Below are positions 22,396 to 24,000 of a stretch of 24,000 nt of DNA, one piece after another. The stretch is from the NCBI GenBank assembly GCA_963780135.1, contig CAWAAR010000003.1:3709701-3733700 (forward strand). The letters run 5' to 3'. This stretch comes from an uncultured Clostridiaceae bacterium (GTDB lineage Bacteria; Bacillota; Clostridia; Clostridiales; Clostridiaceae). The position numbers and the translations under genes are program-made. The stretch's first letter is position 1. Each line of letters starts with the position of its first letter. Below the pieces are notes generated by a model that saw only the letters and a list, made by a program, of their open reading frames with translations, did no database searches and had not been told where the DNA came from.

Positions 22396-23079
22396 CTAAC
22401 TTTCCCACTTATATCCTACTCCCCATACAGTAGAAACATATTCTCTGTCTTTATCGTATTTTTTTAGCTTACATCGTATTTTCTTTACATGTTCGGCTAC
22501 TGTTGCTGAATCTCCTTCTGCATCATAGCCCCATATTTTTTCATATATTTGTTCTTTTGAAAATACTTGTCCACAATTCACTGATAGAAATTCTATTATC
22601 TCAAATTCTTTTTTAGTCAAAACCACAGCTTTTCCCTTACAATACAACGTTCTTCCCTTTAAATCTATATTTAAATCTCCAAAATATAAATTAACTTTGT
22701 TTTCATTATTAAAGCTTCTTTGGTCTCTTCTTAAATGCGCACTTATCCTTGCTTTTAATTGTCTTAAACTAAAAGGCTTAGAAATATAATCATCTCCACC
22801 TGCTCCAAGTCCCCTAATTATATCCTCATCTTCTCCTTTTGCGGTTAAAAAAATAATAGGACAGTCTACTCTATCTCTTATTTCTCTACATATTTCATAT
22901 CCGCTTTTATCTGGCATCATAACATCTAATAATATTAAATCAGGACAAAGCTTTATTCTTTCAACAGCTTCATTGCCGTTATATGCAGTGAAGACTTCAT
23001 AATCTTCATCTTGCAGTGAGTCCTTTAAGAATGAAATTATGTCCTCTTCATCATCTACAATTAATATCTTTTCATTCAA
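22396..23079 (-). CDS. OmpR-family response regulator (REC plus winged-helix DNA-binding domain)
   Basis: 227 aa. It has a REC domain (ILIVDDE...DLILLDVMMPDKSGYE...KPF) and a C-terminal winged helix (LTKKEFEIIEFL......VFSKEQIYEKIWG......TVAEHVKKIRCKL......VSTVWGVGYKW). TTG start. Confidence 0.9.
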   Translation of the reverse strand: MNEKILIVDDEEDIISFLKDSLQDEDYEVFTAYNGNEAVERIKLCPDLILLDVMMPDKSGYEICREIRDRVDCPIIFLTAKGEDEDIIRGLGAGGDDYISKPFSLRQLKARISAHLRRDQRSFNNENKVNLYFGDLNIDLKGRTLYCKGKAVVLTKKEFEIIEFLSVNCGQVFSKEQIYEKIWGYDAEGDSATVAEHVKKIRCKLKKYDKDREYVSTVWGVGYKWES

Positions 23080-23118
23080 TATTTATCACATCCAACCTTA
23101 TATAAAATAATCAGTATA

Positions 23119-23703
23119 CTATAGGACAAATAAGTCGTTGTTTTTGTCAGAATTCCAAACATATTCAATACTTTCAGCAATATCCGTTGCTTTTTTAAAA
23201 CCAATTCTATCTGCTACAAAGCCTAAAGCCATATCTATACCTGCTGATATACCAGAGGAAGTATAAAACTTACCATCTGCTACCCATCTAGCACGATTTA
23301 TCCACTGAACATTAGGATTCATAGATTTTACCCATTCAAAAGCTCTCTTATTTGAAGTTGCCTTTAGACCATTTAATAGATTTGTTTTAGCAAGTAATGC
23401 AGAGCCTGTACATACAGTAAGACAATATTTTGACTGAGTAGCAATTGTAGTTAGCTTTTCAATAAAATCACTATCATTAACCAAAGGCCTTGTGCCTTGT
23501 CCACCTGGAACAAATATTATACCTGAAAAATCAGCATCTTTTAGTGGTTCAGTTATAATTTGTGTACCTTGTTTGCTTAAAATAATACCGCCATCTACAG
23601 AAAAGTAACGTAGATTGTATTCTTCAACTTGACCCAGTATTTCAACTGCACCAAATGTATCCAATGTTTCAAAATCAGAAAATAATAAAATATTTACATC
23701 CAT
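23119..23703 (-). CDS. DJ-1/PfpI family protein (class I glutamine amidotransferase-like fold)
   Basis: 194 aa. It has the nucleophile-elbow Cys in LTVCTGSALLA, the GG.G motif (FVPGGQG) and the SSGISAGIDMAL region. RBS GAAGGGAAG. It is 39 nt upstream of the response-regulator gene on the same strand. Confidence 0.8.
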   Translation of the reverse strand: MDVNILLFSDFETLDTFGAVEILGQVEEYNLRYFSVDGGIILSKQGTQIITEPLKDADFSGIIFVPGGQGTRPLVNDSDFIEKLTTIATQSKYCLTVCTGSALLAKTNLLNGLKATSNKRAFEWVKSMNPNVQWINRARWVADGKFYTSSGISAGIDMALGFVADRIGFKKATDIAESIEYVWNSDKNNDLFVL

Positions 23704-24000
23704 AAAATATCTTCCCTTCTTTTCTTAAATAAAATAAAATTCATTACAACTCATTTTATCATAACACAGAATCACATCAATTTCTTAACGTGCAAACAAT
23801 GGATACATTTTCTTAACTTCTAAAAGTGTATATATTGTATATATTATAGTAACACCGTCTTATTTCTAGTCCTTAACCATTCTAAAATATATTGGAATCT
23901 TCTCTGGTTTTTCAACATGTATAAATCAAATAATGTTTTAAGCGAAAGAAAATAATTTTAAACAAATTTAAACGGCATCAGTCCTATAGAGTTAAAGACT

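Noticed and set aside
23844-23918. 24-codon minus-strand ORF MLKNQRRFQYILEWLRTRNKTVLL*, whose start resembles the N-terminus of HTH (DeoR/YafY-like) regulators; possibly a gene remnant.
   Set aside because: It has no RBS and is far too short. The resemblance rests on a few residues, and I cannot distinguish it from chance without a database search.
1-24000. I looked for phage-defence, toxin-antitoxin, transposase/integrase, tRNA/rRNA and known riboswitch signatures, including c-di-GMP GEMM-like motifs upstream of the signalling genes.
   Set aside because: No recognisable motifs of these classes turned up in any frame or intergenic region by eye. The accessory-looking content here is signalling and transport rather than defence. 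A covariance-model scan would be needed to exclude small RNAs.

Overview
AT-rich, Clostridium-like chromosomal DNA (genus guessed from composition, codon usage and gene content). It is densely coding, mostly on the minus strand, and I saw no rRNA, tRNA, CRISPR array, transposase or phage genes. The left 13 kb is a signal-transduction island. It holds a partial EAL gene, a PAS-GGDEF cyclase, a soluble PocR-type chemoreceptor, a transmembrane chemoreceptor and an orphan REC-AraC regulator. Its centrepiece is a tightly packed six-gene unit: an RsbR-RsbS-RsbT-RsbX stressosome-type cassette followed directly by a cytoplasmic hybrid histidine kinase (HisKA-HATPase-REC-Hpt) and a REC-histidine kinase. 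A REC-HD-GYP phosphodiesterase is transcribed divergently from this unit. No sigma-B, RsbU, RsbV or RsbW gene is visible in the window. The RsbR sensor is a Cys-rich PAS domain. The hybrid kinase N-terminus looks like a degenerate RsbT-type fold. Two about 80% identical REC modules in inverted orientation bracket the cassette. The middle carries a 4-oxalocrotonate tautomerase-family gene, a DUF2167-like membrane protein with a 42-bp tandem-repeat tail, and an AlkD-like DNA alkylation repair gene. The right 8 kb is an antimicrobial-peptide-type sensing/export cluster: an OmpR-family regulator, an ABC ATPase and two ABC-2 permeases. Its cognate-looking histidine kinase is separated from the regulator by the transporter genes, a 286-bp inverted-repeat (MITE-like) element and a membrane-anchored erythromycin-esterase-family gene. 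A DJ-1/PfpI gene closes the window. All domain calls come from reading motifs in the supplied translations by eye. No database search was possible.
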